In this document: positions 1 to 12,580 of the stretch, piece by piece
How positions within the stretch are numbered: position 1 is the stretch's first letter
How the letters are laid out: each line of letters opens with the position of its first letter
Source of the DNA: Octopus bimaculoides
Taxonomy: Eukaryota
Direction of reading: 5' to 3'
Assembly (NCBI RefSeq): GCF_001194135.2
Contig: NC_068998.1
Location: forward strand, 17,334,746 to 17,398,745
Length of the DNA stretch: 64,000 bases
Made by a program: the position numbers and the translations under genes
Notes under the pieces: model-generated
The model's input: the letters and a program-made list of their open reading frames with translations, nothing else
Told to the model about the DNA's origin: nothing
The model's database searches: none

Positions 1-2066
1 TATATATATATATATATATATATTATGTATGCATACATATATGTGTATGTTTGTGTGTATTTATATATATGTATGTATAGATACATTTATATGTGTATAT
101 ATATATATATATATATAAGTAAATCAAGAGGCAGCGGGGGTGTTAGGTACCTTAATTAGGTTAAATTACAACAATCACTCTTAAATACAAATACCATTAC
201 ATTCATTCATATTTGTATTAATATATTATTCTGTTGTCATTGAGACTGTATCCTTATACACATATAACACTTTGCTTTGTAATCTTAATTCCTCCTATCC
301 TCTATCTCATACACTTGCAAATTATATATGGTATTCTTTCTGTATCAGCCTTTTGTAGCTAATCTCTGACAACCTCTCAACATACACTCTTTCCTTCTCT
401 TCTCTCTGTAGACTAACTACTTGAACCACTTAAGTGATTCTCATTTCATGTCATAGCAATAGAAGAAAGCTGTTAGTATTATTCAACAGCTCCAGACATG
501 GAAGGTTTGGCAAGTTACATGTGGTGGCTCTACAGCCTGCACAGATGTAAGAAACTTTGTTCTTACACAGTGTTATTCATTTAGTTTTCATATTTTTCTC
601 TTGCTTTTTTTTTTTTTTCATATCTCTCTAAGTTGTTAGAGTCACGATCATTAAATTCTCATGATTGGTGCTAATGTGAGACCACTTACTACAGATACAA
701 TCAAGGATGTAAGCATCTTATAATTGAAAGACAAAAATAAATACATAAACAAATGAAAAGGACTTTCGATCAACACAAATTAACAACTATGGTTTAACCT
801 TGTTAAACTCTTAGACAAATTTGTGAAACGAAACCAGATAATGTTAGCATATCTCTGATTCATCTGGTAGATTCTTAGCCATAGCTGACTATAAATGCCC
901 ATTAAAAAATACATATCTCTCAACGTAAGTGTTCTGTTTTATATGTATTTTTTATCTCTTGCAGATTTTTATTCTTTTCCTTTTGACTGAACTTTAGTCA
1001 GAGAAATACAACCAACAAAGAAATGCAATATACTTTGAACAAAATAAAAAAAATGTCATAGCTTTTTTTCCTTTACTCTCTTCTTTAAATCTGTTGAACT
1101 TCACACCTCAAGAAATATTTGATATCTGTTTTTTCTTTGTTTTGTTTTTCCTTTTTACTTCACCATTTAGTCATAACTTTTCTTTGTACACCACTCTAGT
1201 TGTAAAATGCACTTCCCATCATCACTTGGTGTTACTCTAATAACTTAGTAATATGGCTGTTTTGAAAGAAAAAAATTCAAGTTACTCCAGGAAATAGTTG
1301 AAAGAAAATGTTACCAATACATTTCCAATGTATTCTGTACATATGCACTAGAATACTTTAATAGTTTACATTAAGATAAAATAGACATATGGTTGATATA
1401 AAAACTCATATAGCATTACATCAAGTAATTAATGTTCAGATAAAAGCCACTGTAGTATTGTGATACATTATCCATCACCACATTTTACATATGTTTCCCA
1501 GCTCTTGAATGGATTAGAAATAATTTACCAGATAACCTCTAACTATTTAGTCCTGCCCTCAATCTGTCTTAGTTCTTATGTCAGTCTATATCATCTAGTT
1601 TAAGATTACCACAAAATACCAGTCTACAAACATCTGTCCAATTATTCATAATCACATGTCCACATCATCTCAGATTTCCTTTTTGGAGAATTGAATAAAT
1701 ATTAGCACAATGGCTTTTTTTCATTTCCAGACTAAAACTAAATCTGTTATAATTATGTTAAGCACTCAGAAGAGAGTATACTAAAAATAGTTACAAGGAT
1801 AGGTGACTTAAATAAACTAAATAACTATTTTGCATACATTTTCTTTCTAAACTTAACAACTCTATAGTTAAATAATTTTAAGACACACCAGTTATGAATA
1901 TGTATTTTTAAACCAGAAAACTCTTGTTTGTTATCAAACTTGTTATGGGCCTTTTCCAACCACTTTCCTGATTTAACTGATCATATAAGCATAATATATT
2001 ATTAATGACAGTGTGCTAAGTCAGCAGTTTCAGTTGTGGTACAAGACTCATGCATACCTTCTAGAC

Positions 2067-2376
2067 CAGTGGTTCTTAATTGGGGTCTACATAAGATTTT
2101 TGGGAGTCCATGCAAGCAAAATATTAAATTGGGGATTCGCAGTAATATTTTAAGGATCCATGAAAAATTTTGCTTGACATGTATTTATTTCAAGAAATTG
2201 TAAGATTTCTTTCTCTAATGTTCATCCAACACAAGTTAATGTATGACAAATAAAATAAGAAATTTGGAAGAAGTATCTATAAATCTAGTTTTTAAACATC
2301 GAATGGCTATAGGGGTCACAAGAATAAAATAGTAATCAAAGGGGTCCATAGATAAAATAATGGTTGAAAACCCCTA
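2067..2376. mobile_element. hAT/Charlie-like MITE remnant
   Basis: Starts CAGTGGTTCTTAA after TTCTAGAC (NTCTAGAN-type site) and ends GGTTGAAAACCCCTA. No matching right TSD. A related fragment lies at about 44070-44255 (shared TTTTTAAACATYGAATGGCTAT). Confidence 0.55.
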
Positions 2377-2429
2377 TAGGCAACCCTTTCTGCCTAGTAA
2401 ACATTGTGTGCAAGCAGAAAATGACTTAC

Positions 2430-2495
2430 TTTGGTTATACTGGTTGCTAGCCACTTGACAAGCTTAATCCAACCTGCCTGGGACCATCTTTGGGT
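2430..2495 (-). CDS. Possible internal coding exon of a minus-strand gene (TQRWSQAGWIKLVKWLATSITK)
   Basis: Minus-strand CAG acceptor at 2498-2496, 66-nt open phase 0-0 frame, strong GTAAGT donor at 2429-2424. The polypyrimidine tract is weak and I recognise no homology. Confidence 0.2.
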
Positions 2496-2638
2496 CTGTG
2501 ACACAAACTTCCAGTTTTGAAATTATCTAAATTAAAATTTTCCATCGAAATTTCATGTTCAGTTCTATATTTAAGAGATGAGGAATTATGTACATTATTT
2601 ACATTTGATGGATATTTGTCCTCATCTTGTTTGTTGTT

Positions 2639-2684
2639 AACACAATGTTTCCGCTGATATACTCTCCAGCCTTCATGAGGTGTC
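2639..2684 (-). ncRNA. Degenerate minimal type I hammerhead ribozyme in a Penelope pLTR
   Basis: Minus strand reads GACAC-CTCATGA-A-GGCTG-(10 nt)-CAGCG-GAAAC-ATT-GTGTT. This fits stem I / CUGANGA / stem II / GAAAC / NUH / stem I', with core substitutions. Confidence 0.65.
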
Positions 2685-2980
2685 TTGGGGAAATTTCGAA
2701 CCTGGGTTCTCATTCCTAAGGTATTTTTCAATGTTATTATTATTAATATTATTATTATTCAGGTTACTGCCTGGAATCGAACTTGGAATCTTGGGGTTAG
2801 TACCCGCGCTCTTAACCAATATGCCATATGCCCGTGGGCAATTATGGAGTGAATTTTAGGGCTTATAAATCTAATATTTTCCTATCCTTCCTTAATACCA
2901 GTTCCCATATGCTATTCATATCTGCACTCGGTCTGCTTAGGAGGTTGTTGTGTCCTAGCATGTGCTGCTTCTTTTAGTTT

Positions 2981-3391
2981 TCATATTTTCCAGTGGTGTT
3001 CTCTGTCTATTATTTTAACTTCATTCCACAGGTGGAGGTGGTCTCCATTTTTCCATACATGATCAGCTATACCAGATTTATCAATATCTCCTCGTGTCAC
3101 AGCTTTGCGATGTTCGTCTACCCTTATTTTGAGGGGGCGACATGTTTCGCCTTTGTATAACCTACCATAGCTGCATGGTATGGAATACACACAGTTTTTG
3201 GTCATATTCTCTTCTATTGGTGATTTTACTCGAAGGAGATATTTGCGAAGTGTTGTATTACTCTTGAATACTGTCCTGATGTCATATGGGCTGCATATCT
3301 TTTGTATCTTTTCGGAGAGGCCTTTCACATAGAGTAGACAGACTGTGGACAGTTTATTGGTTTCATACTCTCTCTTCTTCATACTATCCAA
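2981..3391 (-). pseudogene. Penelope GIY-YIG endonuclease C-terminal fragment
   Basis: ORF contains CVYSIPCSYGRLYKGETCRPLKIRVDEHRKAV...KSGIADHVW...WNEVKIIDRE, a PLE GIY-YIG pattern. The C-terminus continues after a frameshift (LKEAAHMLGHNNLLSRPS). Confidence 0.9.
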
Positions 3392-4791
3392 TATTAGATT
3401 ATAAGCCCTAAAATATTAGATTTATAAACCCTAAAATTCACTCCATAAGGCATATGGCGTAGTGATTAAGAGTGCAGGCTACTAGCCCCAAGATTCCGAG
3501 TTTGATTCCAGGCAGTGACCTGAATAATAATAATAATAATAATAATCATAATAACATCGAAAAATACCTTAGGAATGAGAAACCAGGTTCAAAGAAGACA
3601 AATATCCGTCAAAAGTAAATAATGTAAATAATGAAATTTCATGTGTTTCAAACATAGCAACAAAGTTATTTCCTAAATTCTTCATTATTGAAACACTAGC
3701 AATGTGTTTCAACAAAAATCTGGCAACGAAAAGGTAAACAAACTCTCAAGCTTGATATTACTCATCCTGGGAAAATAGGTCAGCAGTGGACTGACAAGGC
3801 AAAACAGTGGATGAGAATCTGACCTATGAACCAACTGCTAAGGTCTAAATTTCACCATAATGATTGTTACCCACTTCTACCATTGTTAACACCAGTGCAA
3901 TCAGTTTCACTACATGTTTTCTTAAGTTTGGACAGGTCTATTGGCATAAATTAAATGGATTTGCATAAGATATGTGGCTTCATAATAAAATATTGTCTGA
4001 CTTCATGTTGTGCACAACAATATTTCATTTTTATGGGGGAAATAAAATAAAAAGAACAGTTATGTCCTTACCATGTAAGAAGAACTTTCAACTAAGAAAC
4101 ACACTGAACCTATTTAATGTTATAATGACTCCCATTTATAGTATACTAGCTGAATAGCCCGTCATTGACAGACAATTGTTATAATAGAATGTCTTCTCTA
4201 AATTTTTGCTTATTCCATGTCAGACCATGCCTTCTCCGAGAGATAGGCCTTTTGATCAGGACAGATTTGTGTAATTTTTCGCAAAAAACTTTGTTGAGGA
4301 TTTTTTTCTTTTTTAAATTATTTACTTGTCTGTTTGACTGTTTCACATGACTATTCATTAAAACTTCAGAAGTACTTACAACTTTGATCATCGTAATGCT
4401 TTGCTTTGGTTTGTTTAATAAAAATTCTTCCTCCTTATGATTTTGCTTTCATTTTGTGATAGACAGCTATCATGCAGAAAATGTCAGCCGTCATGCAGCT
4501 ATCATGTAGAAAATACCTGCTTTCAAATCCTGTTTTCTGATTAGGTAAAAATGATTAAACTTTAAACCTCAGTAACATTTTTCTGCAATTTTTCTTGAAC
4601 AAATAAATAACAAAATTGGATTTAATGTGAAAAATCATTTCAAGCAACAGGGAAGACCCTACAATAGTAGAGAGACAGACAGTTATAGGATGTCACACAC
4701 ACACAATTACAAATGTACACACAGGTAATCATGAGTTTAAAATGGAGTATAGTAGACATATGTATGTATGTATGAACATATGTATATGTGT

Positions 4792-4834
<43 letters not shown>

Positions 4835-5604
4835 TGTGCCTGTGTGAGTGTTTCTTTGTGATGGACATCAGAAAATCCACCTACCTCATCTCTCCTTAAA
4901 ACTACATATCCTCACACCCACCTTTCTGTGTGTGTGTTGTATTTATGTATTTATAAAAGTATGTATGCAGTATGCATGTATATGACAGCTGTATTAATAT
5001 TATCACCCCATTGCCACTCAATATTTTTCGCTTACATAATGTTGTTCTCCCCTTCCCTGATATAAGTCACCCTCACTCTGCTACTGCATTTCCCCCCGAC
5101 AAATACATTTTGCACCCTTCTTATTTTATCATATAACTCATCCAATCTCCCTGGGGGGCCCATTATAGATTTTTATTGAAATCTAATTAGCCTATTATTG
5201 AACTGGATGTTAGTGTAACAAGTATGCAAAGTTTTGTGAATATTGGTTTGCTGGTTTAAGCACTATGATGGTAACAGACAGAAATTTCCATTTATGATAT
5301 ATATAAGATGTCAAGAGTGCTTTTTTAGTTCAGAAAGTATACAATAACTATCAACAGATAATTTGTAACCCATTTAAGTACTAAAATCATCATCATTGTT
5401 GTCATTGTTTTCATGTCCACTTTTTCCATTCTAACATAGGCTGGAGAAAATGAATTGAGGCTGCACTCTACAGCCAAATCTCTTCCTGTCATGTCATCAA
5501 CCCGTACTCATTTATCAGGCAATATATTCTTTATTCTATTTGTCTTCATACAAAATCAACAAAACACACTTAGCTATGCAATGTATAGTCTATGAAAGAG
5601 ACAC

Positions 5605-5760
5605 TGTGAAGTGGTTGGTGTTAGGAAGAGCATCCAACCAAAGGAACCATGTCAAAGCAGACACTGGAGCTTGACACAGTCTTCTGGCTTGCCAGCCAGC
5701 CCCTGTTGAACTGTTCAATCTATAACAGCAAAGAAAACAGACATTAAATGATTATGATGT
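5605..5760 (+). mobile_element. SINE family B 3' portion
   Basis: GTGGTTGGTGTTAGGAAGAGCATCCA...ACATTAAATGATTATGATG tail, similar to 10810-10921 and 12270-12435. Confidence 0.7.
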
Positions 5761-6080
5761 TAATGATGGTAAGCCAACGCACTGATTTTCAAATGGTGTA
5801 AATGTGATGACACACAAAACAAACACTCGCTACACACACACAGGTAGGCTGTTGTATTTCCTTCAACTGAATTTCATACACAAAGAATTAGTCAGCCAAA
5901 GGTTTTAATAGAAGACGCTAACACTAGGTGGAATGGAAACTGAAATTTTATAATACCATATGCTTATTTTCTTGAAATTGATAAAAAAAAAAATTCATAA
6001 AAGGAAGGATACACTGGTTGATGTACTTCTAGATATACTACAAAATCTCAGTCCACCTGAAAACAATAGTTAAATTAGTG

Positions 6081-6464
6081 CTCTTTTACTTGTTTCAGTC
6101 ATTTGACTGTGGCCATGCTGGAGCATCGCCTTTAGTTGAGCAAATCGACCCCAGGACTTATTCTTTGTAAGCCTGGTACTTATTCTATCAGTCCCTTTTG
6201 CCAAACCGCTAAGGTACGGGGATGTAAACACACCAGCATCGGTTGTCAAGCGATGTTGGGGGGGACAAACACAGACACACAAACACACATACATATACAT
6301 ATATACGACGGGCTTCTTCCAGTTTCCGCCTAACGAATCCACTCACAAAGCTTTGGTCGGCCCAAGGCTATAGTAGAAGACACTTGCCCAAGGTGCCACA
6401 CAGTGGAACTGAACCCGGAACCATGTGGTTGGTAAGTAAGCTACTTACCACACAGCCATACCTG
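6081..6464 (-). mobile_element. tRNA-derived SINE family A, near full length
   Basis: Element strand has A-box TGGCTGTGTGG, B-box GGTTCAGTTCC, a CORE-like GTGGCACCTTGGGCAAGT box, a central TG/TA microsatellite and the tail ...TGAAACAAGTAAAAGAG. Confidence 0.9.
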
Positions 6465-7849
6465 CTAGTAAATTTTGATGTAGGGAACAATAATAAGCTA
6501 ACTAGAAATAAGCACGCAATAAAAAAAAATAAACATTGGTTATTGAGTAATATTATTTTAATACATTTGGCAAGTATTGGAGACAACCTTGATCAGGTTC
6601 TGATCTAGTTATGACTTCATCAGTAATACATAAATCTTCTGTAGATTCAGTGATTCTATGGTAAGGAGAGGAAGTATATTTTTCACTAATGAGGTTACAA
6701 TAAGATCAAAACATGTCATGAGTTATATCCCATACTTGTCAAATTAACTAAAATAATATTAGAACTATTGATAAAAATTGTTTCCTTTTATTCATTGCAT
6801 AATCATTTTTAGTTGAACTTATATTGTTCCTTGCATTAAATGTGTTAATGCTAACTTCACTAAATATGGAATGTTTGATTAGACAATGGTGAGAATATCA
6901 CAGCTACAACACCTTTGATTATAGGCGTACTGGATGACCTGGGGTTAAAAAACAACGACATCAACAACAACAACTTAAAATGAGTTGGCCTTGAGTCATT
7001 GAGAACCGAATATCTTTTCCTTGGCTTAATCTGAATGAAAAAAATACATTTTAGAGATTATTCTGCCAACTAAAATTATCTGTCAATCATGTTGGAATTT
7101 ATTTTAGTGAGACAATTCTGGATAAAAAATTTGTAAGGAAGTGTGTTGAATCCTTTTTCACTCAGGGGATCTATGCTAGCTGCATTTTCAGTGCAGAAAA
7201 AGCTTTCTTCAAAGGTTATCAATATTTTTGTGGTACTTTGCATGTGTTTGAACTCTATGTGTGAGTGTGTGAGAGCGAAATGTAAGCACAGACAGGCAAA
7301 TGGACAGAAAGATAGATAAAAAAAAAAAGATACATAGAGGGAAGGAGAAGTGAGTAAGGGAGAGAAAGGAAAAGTGGGCAGTTGCAATGTGTGTGTGTAT
7401 ATATCTGTATATCTGTATCTCGCTCTATATATAGATAGATAAATACAGATATATGATAGATAGTTAGAGAGAGACAGAAACAGAGAGAGGGTGAGGTAAG
7501 TGGGAATGTGATAGCGGGTTAAGTAGATTGAGAGATGTACAGACAAAGAGATAAAGAGACAGCATATGAATGACACTACATAACACAATATTAATTACTC
7601 AGATTTCTAATACAATATGTAATTAAAAACATACTAATTTGATAAATGATAGCTAGCCCTGCTTTTTAATTCATGTTATCTATGTTACATAATTTTACAT
7701 TAACAAAAAAAAAAATACAAGAAATAAAATAAAATACAATTAACCAAGTTGTTATTTCAAAGTAAGGATCAACATTGACTCAACCTTGATCGAGAAAACA
7801 TATACATTCCAGCCATGACCACCTCAACATATTTAGGAGTATTCTTTTA

Positions 7850-8358
7850 TACTTTTACTTGTTTCAGTCATCTGACTGCAGCCATGCTGGAGCACCACCT
7901 TAAGGGGTTTTTAATCAAAGAAATCAATTGAAGACCTAGTACTTATTCTACCAGTCTCTTTTGACAGAATGTTAAGATACAAGGACACACCAACATCGGT
8001 TGTCAAGCAATGGTGGGAGGACAAACATAAGGTCACACAGTCACTCACACACACACACAAATATATATATATGGGCTTCATTCAGTTTCCATCTACCAAA
8101 TCCACTCACCAAGCTTTGGTTGGCCCTAGGCTATAGTAGAAGGTACTTGCCCAGTGTGTCATGCAATGGGACTGAACCCAAAACCATGTGGTTGGGAAGC
8201 AAGCTTCTTACCACACAGCCATGCCTGGGCCTGTATCTAGGGCTTTTTTATTATAACACTTTAGTATTCAAACTTGCCCAAGGTGCCACGCAGTGGGACT
8301 GAACCCAGGACCATGTGGTTGGTAAGCAAGTTACTTACCACACAGCCACTCCTGCGCC
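7850..8358 (-). mobile_element. SINE family A copy plus a second tandem head (8268-8358)
   Basis: Same head, body and tail motifs as 6081-6464. The head segment (ACTTGCCCAAGGTGCCACGCAGTGGGACTGAACCC...CCTGCGCCT) recurs about 45 bp downstream. Confidence 0.85.
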
Positions 8359-9797
8359 TTGAACATTTTTCAATACTAACAAGAAAGAACTCATTAAACA
8401 ATTCAAATCCAAAAGGAAAAAAGTCAGAAAATAGTTAAAGCATTAATAATGAAAAAGAAAGGCGTTGGAGGGGCAATGCATACCCTGAGTGCAGATAAAT
8501 TTATTTGCAAATTACAGCGTGACTTACAATGCATTACTTACCCATACTTTTTAATTCAAATGAGTAATTTTTTTTTAAGTATCACCATTATTCTAATTCT
8601 ATTAAGTGAAATTAAGAAATCAACTCATAGATAAATGAAACCCTTGAATCCATCAGTGTACACACATACATGCACATATCTATGTAAGTGCTTATGTATG
8701 TACACACACGTGTCTACGCGCATAGATACACCATGATCTGTATACATACAGATGAGGATCAATTCATATGAAAAAGAAAGTGAACAAAATAATATGACCA
8801 CTTGCTTATCAGGAAATTTGTAAGTTTGATTTTGAAAAAGCCTTTTCTTTTTTAAAGATAATCAAACCAAATGTTCATCATTTTGAGTCACTCACCCAAT
8901 GAGTATTTCTACCAAATGTGGTGAAAATCCATTCAGTTGTTTTCCAGTAATTTTGCAAACACACAAAGATGAGTGATTACAATACCCTGCTTTTGCTTGT
9001 GCACGCAGGGTAATTAGAAAAATTTCTCTTTTAGTTATAACATTTTCCTTGATATTCTTTGGAACTGAAATCTGCTTCTCCATCCCCTATTATTATAGGG
9101 GATGTCTAACACCTAGAGTAAAATTCAAATGCTATAAATTCTATTTATATATATTATAAATTGTGCAATTGGATAAAAAATTTGAAGTATTTAGAATAAA
9201 AAGTAAGAAAATTTATCTAAAAAAATCCCAAAATAAAACAGTCTAAAACACTGAATTGAAAATAACCATAATTTTTAAGGTATAGCTGTAGTAAGATTTT
9301 AATAATTTCTAAGACAAAATACTGTTTAAGCATATTGCTGGCAGAAAACCAATTTGGCTTTCTAAGATATAAGTCAACATAAGACATGATTTTTATTACA
9401 TATCAACACTGAGCAACAAAGAAATTCTTTGCATATAGTTGCTTTAAGAAATCAATGACCGAATTGATTATCAACCTGTATATTTTATATCAGAATAAAA
9501 CCACTAAAATATATGTTTATTAATCATCCATATGCATTGTAGCTGTCATAATATGGTCAATTTCAACTTCACAACAGCTGCTACCAAAGAGAATTGCAGG
9601 TATGTCTTGTGAACTGAATGTGAATTTTTCCAATATTACTAAACATTAGTGAATATCATCAATATTTATGTCTCGTCAAATCTGTGGCAACAATAAGGAA
9701 TATTCAATAGATTTATGATGATTTTTTTTTCTTTCACTGATGAAGCACACCCATGTGGGCTATCAAAAGACGAAAAGAAAAAGCCAATATACGAATA

Positions 9798-9849
<52 letters not shown>

Positions 9850-9859
9850 NNNNNNNNNN

Positions 9860-9892
<33 letters not shown>

Positions 9893-10033
9893 TTGTTATT
9901 TAACAAATAGTTTAAACACTATAACCATCTTTAAGAGAAACAAAAATGTGTTTATAAACTTAGGTTTTGGCCAGTATTGGTCCAGGCAATGATCAATGTG
10001 GTACCATATTTAACATGGTATATTTTTTGTTAA

Positions 10034-10234
10034 CCCTTTTGATACCATCCTGCCTGAGACTGTCCTTGTTCTTATGATATAATCTTCCTGTTCTAAAGTG
10101 ATTTAAATTAAAACCTTCCAAGCTAAAAAAAAACTAGCTTGATAACAACAAAGTTATTTTACTAAAATTCATTATTTTTACATTTAATTGAAACAAAGGC
10201 AGAGTATCTCAAAAGAAATTTTAGAACAAAAGGG
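10034..10234. mobile_element. piggyBac-like MITE
   Basis: TTAA at 10030-10033 and 10235-10238; termini CCCTTTTG / CAAAAGGG. Confidence 0.7.
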
Positions 10235-10499
10235 TTAAATGAAAAGAAAGAAATCATATGATTTAGCTAGATGGAAGAAGGGCAACACTTGTGGTCTTTT
10301 TAAAGACGTCTGAAACTGTTTAATGAAAGTTATCCTCAAATTAGTGATCTGGCCTGAATAGTTGAAACCGTATAGACTCTGCTAAAGCTTTGCAAGTGTC
10401 AGTTGATGCTAATGTTAGACCTGGAGACAGAATAATTCAAAATGTAACTTCCTTTCATGCAATATATACGTGTGTGTATTTGTGTCTATGCATGTATGT

Positions 10500-11010
10500 A
10501 TGCATGCAAAGGCACAGGCATGTTTGCTTCCCAGCCACTTGTTCTCAGGTTCAGCCTCACTGTATGGAACCTGGGGTAAGTGTTTTTTACTATATCCACA
10601 GGCCAACCAAGCCTTGTGAGTGGATTTGAGCATGCAAAGTCAAAGAAGGCCATCATGTGAGTGAGATCCTTCTCTTGCAAGCTACTTGGTGACCAAGCTA
10701 CTTGATGCCACATAAAAAGCACCCATGCTAGCACCACACAAGAAAAGCACCTGTGCTGGTGCCATGTGTAAGGCCTTCAAGTTTGTTGCCACATAAAAAT
10801 CCCCCTGTACACTCTGTAAAGTGGTTGACATTAGGAAAGGCATCCAGCCATAGAAACTATGCCAAAACAGAGAATTGGAGTCTGGTGCAGCTTTCTGGCT
10901 TGCCAGGTCCTGTCAGACCATCCAAGAGAAGACACTTGCTCAACATGCCACACAATTGGACGCAACCCAGAAGCAAGAAGCTGGGAAACAAACTTCTTAC
11001 CACATAGTCA
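10500..11010 (+). mobile_element. SINE family B (+) followed by an inverted SINE head (10925-11010, -)
   Basis: tRNA-like head with CORE-like box, GTGCTGGTGCCAC-type repeats and AGGAAAGGCATCCAGCC tail. A reverse-oriented head follows immediately. Confidence 0.75.
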
Positions 11011-12217
11011 TATCACTAACATACATACATACATACATACATGTGTGTGTCTCCTTGTCTTGATATTACACAAAAGTATCAACAAACATCAACATTATGC
11101 AAGTGGTGTCATCCATTTGCAATCTTCTATGAAAACCTGTCCAGCCACTGTGCCGTTGATAACCAAAGAATTAATAGAAATATTCTTTTGCTTGGAAACA
11201 GGTGAGGGTTGATAATAGAAAGGGCATCCATTTGTAGAAAATCTACCTTAACAAATTTAGTCTGATTCATGTAAGCATGGAAAAATGGATGCTACAATGG
11301 TGCTAACGATGATAATTATGAATGTCAAATTTTAAAATTAAATCATGGTTAGTTTATCACACAATACATTGAATAATTATTTTGAATGATTTATTGTGCT
11401 TTCATATTAGTGGAGTTTTTTATATTTTTTTTTTGCAATCATCAAACAATATTGCTATTGTTATTTCAATAAGATATGAACTTTAATACACTTCTAATAG
11501 ATAAAATAAACAGTACTTGAATACATGAAAAAGCACTTGAATATATGAGAAAGCAGTCACTGTTCAAGAACATAGGATTAAAATTAACCACTAGCGTTTC
11601 CTACATCAAAATAATTATTTTAGATACTTTTAATGTGAATTACATTTCTCAGCTATACTATCTGTAATGAATTTTCATGTTGCTCTAAATTTGACATGCA
11701 AACTGGCTCAAAAAGACTGTTAAATTTTGTAGAATACATGACCTCTTGAATTTTCACAACTTGACAAAATTATGTCAAAATTGGTTACTACATGTCACTG
11801 ACTGTGTTTAACTCAATTTTTTAAAGCAGTTACTGATACTACATCCCGATTCTGATGCACTCTTAAAGTATGCAAATCTTGTTTGTAGGCTACATTACAT
11901 TATGAAAATACACATACTCATATACATCTCCATTACACTGTCAAGAAAATCTATACATGTCAGCTAGTGCAATGCTCTCTCAGAAAGATGTTCTTACATA
12001 GAGACAGTCTAACAAAATGACCTCACTACTTAACTTCTTTAAGTCTGGTGCATAATCTATGTCTTTTTTGTCAAACCACTAAGTCATGAAAACATAAACA
12101 AACCAACACCAGTTAGCAAGCAGTGAGAAGAATAACACAAATACACACACACACATAGACACATATACATATATATACACACATATATACATACATATAC
12201 TTACATGCACACACACA

Positions 12218-12269
<52 letters not shown>

Positions 12270-12580
12270 TTCTGTAAAGTGCTTGACATTAGGAAGGTCA
12301 TCCACTCACAGAAACCATGCCAAAGCAGACAGTAGGGCTTGGCAAGTTCTTGACTTTTGGGCTCCTGTCAAACCATCCAACCCATGCCAGCATAGAAAAC
12401 AGATGTTAAATGATAATGATAATGATGATGAAGATGATGATACACAACAGGCTACCATACAATTTCTGTTTTCCAAATTCATTTACAAGGCATTGGTTGG
12501 CCTCCTGGAGTATAGTAGGTATATTGACTGGCTTTAAAACAATGGGGCAGCAAAGTGAGACTCTTAACCACATAGCCATA
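12270..12580. mobile_element. SINE B tail (+) joined through a (GAT)n run to a SINE head (-)
   Basis: Tail motif CCTGTCAAACCATCCAACCCATGCCAGCAT, then (GAT)n, then reverse head ...CTTAACCACATAGCCAT. Confidence 0.7.

Larger units (their letters stand above)
2591..3627 (-). mobile_element. Truncated Penelope-like element with inverted terminal repeats (pLTRs)
   Basis: Inverted arms 2591-2876 and 3414-3627 flank a GIY-YIG endonuclease fragment. Each arm has a tRNA-like head, an (AAT)n run and the same downstream sequence. Confidence 0.85.

Noticed and set aside
489-547. Exon-like segment with AG...GTAAGA on the plus strand and an acceptor-like site on the minus strand
   Set aside because: All three plus frames are open, the acceptor is weak and nothing is recognisable, so strand and frame cannot be decided.
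3449-3520. tRNA gene
   Set aside because: A/B boxes are present, but the acceptor stem is poor and there is no Pol III terminator. It is embedded in a repeat and treated as a tRNA-derived head.
6070-6608. Overlapping 65-121 aa ORFs, with similar peptides at 8000, 14445, 42176 and 52157
   Set aside because: They are recurrent translations of SINE family A; the repeated peptides reflect the repeat.
8892-9083. 63-aa minus ORF ending at a GTGAGT donor
   Set aside because: No convincing acceptor upstream and no recognisable protein.
9737-9775. CTGATGA-A-GCACAC-CCAT-GTGGGC, hammerhead-like first half
   Set aside because: No GAAAC directly after stem II and no stem I/III, so it is at most a fragment.
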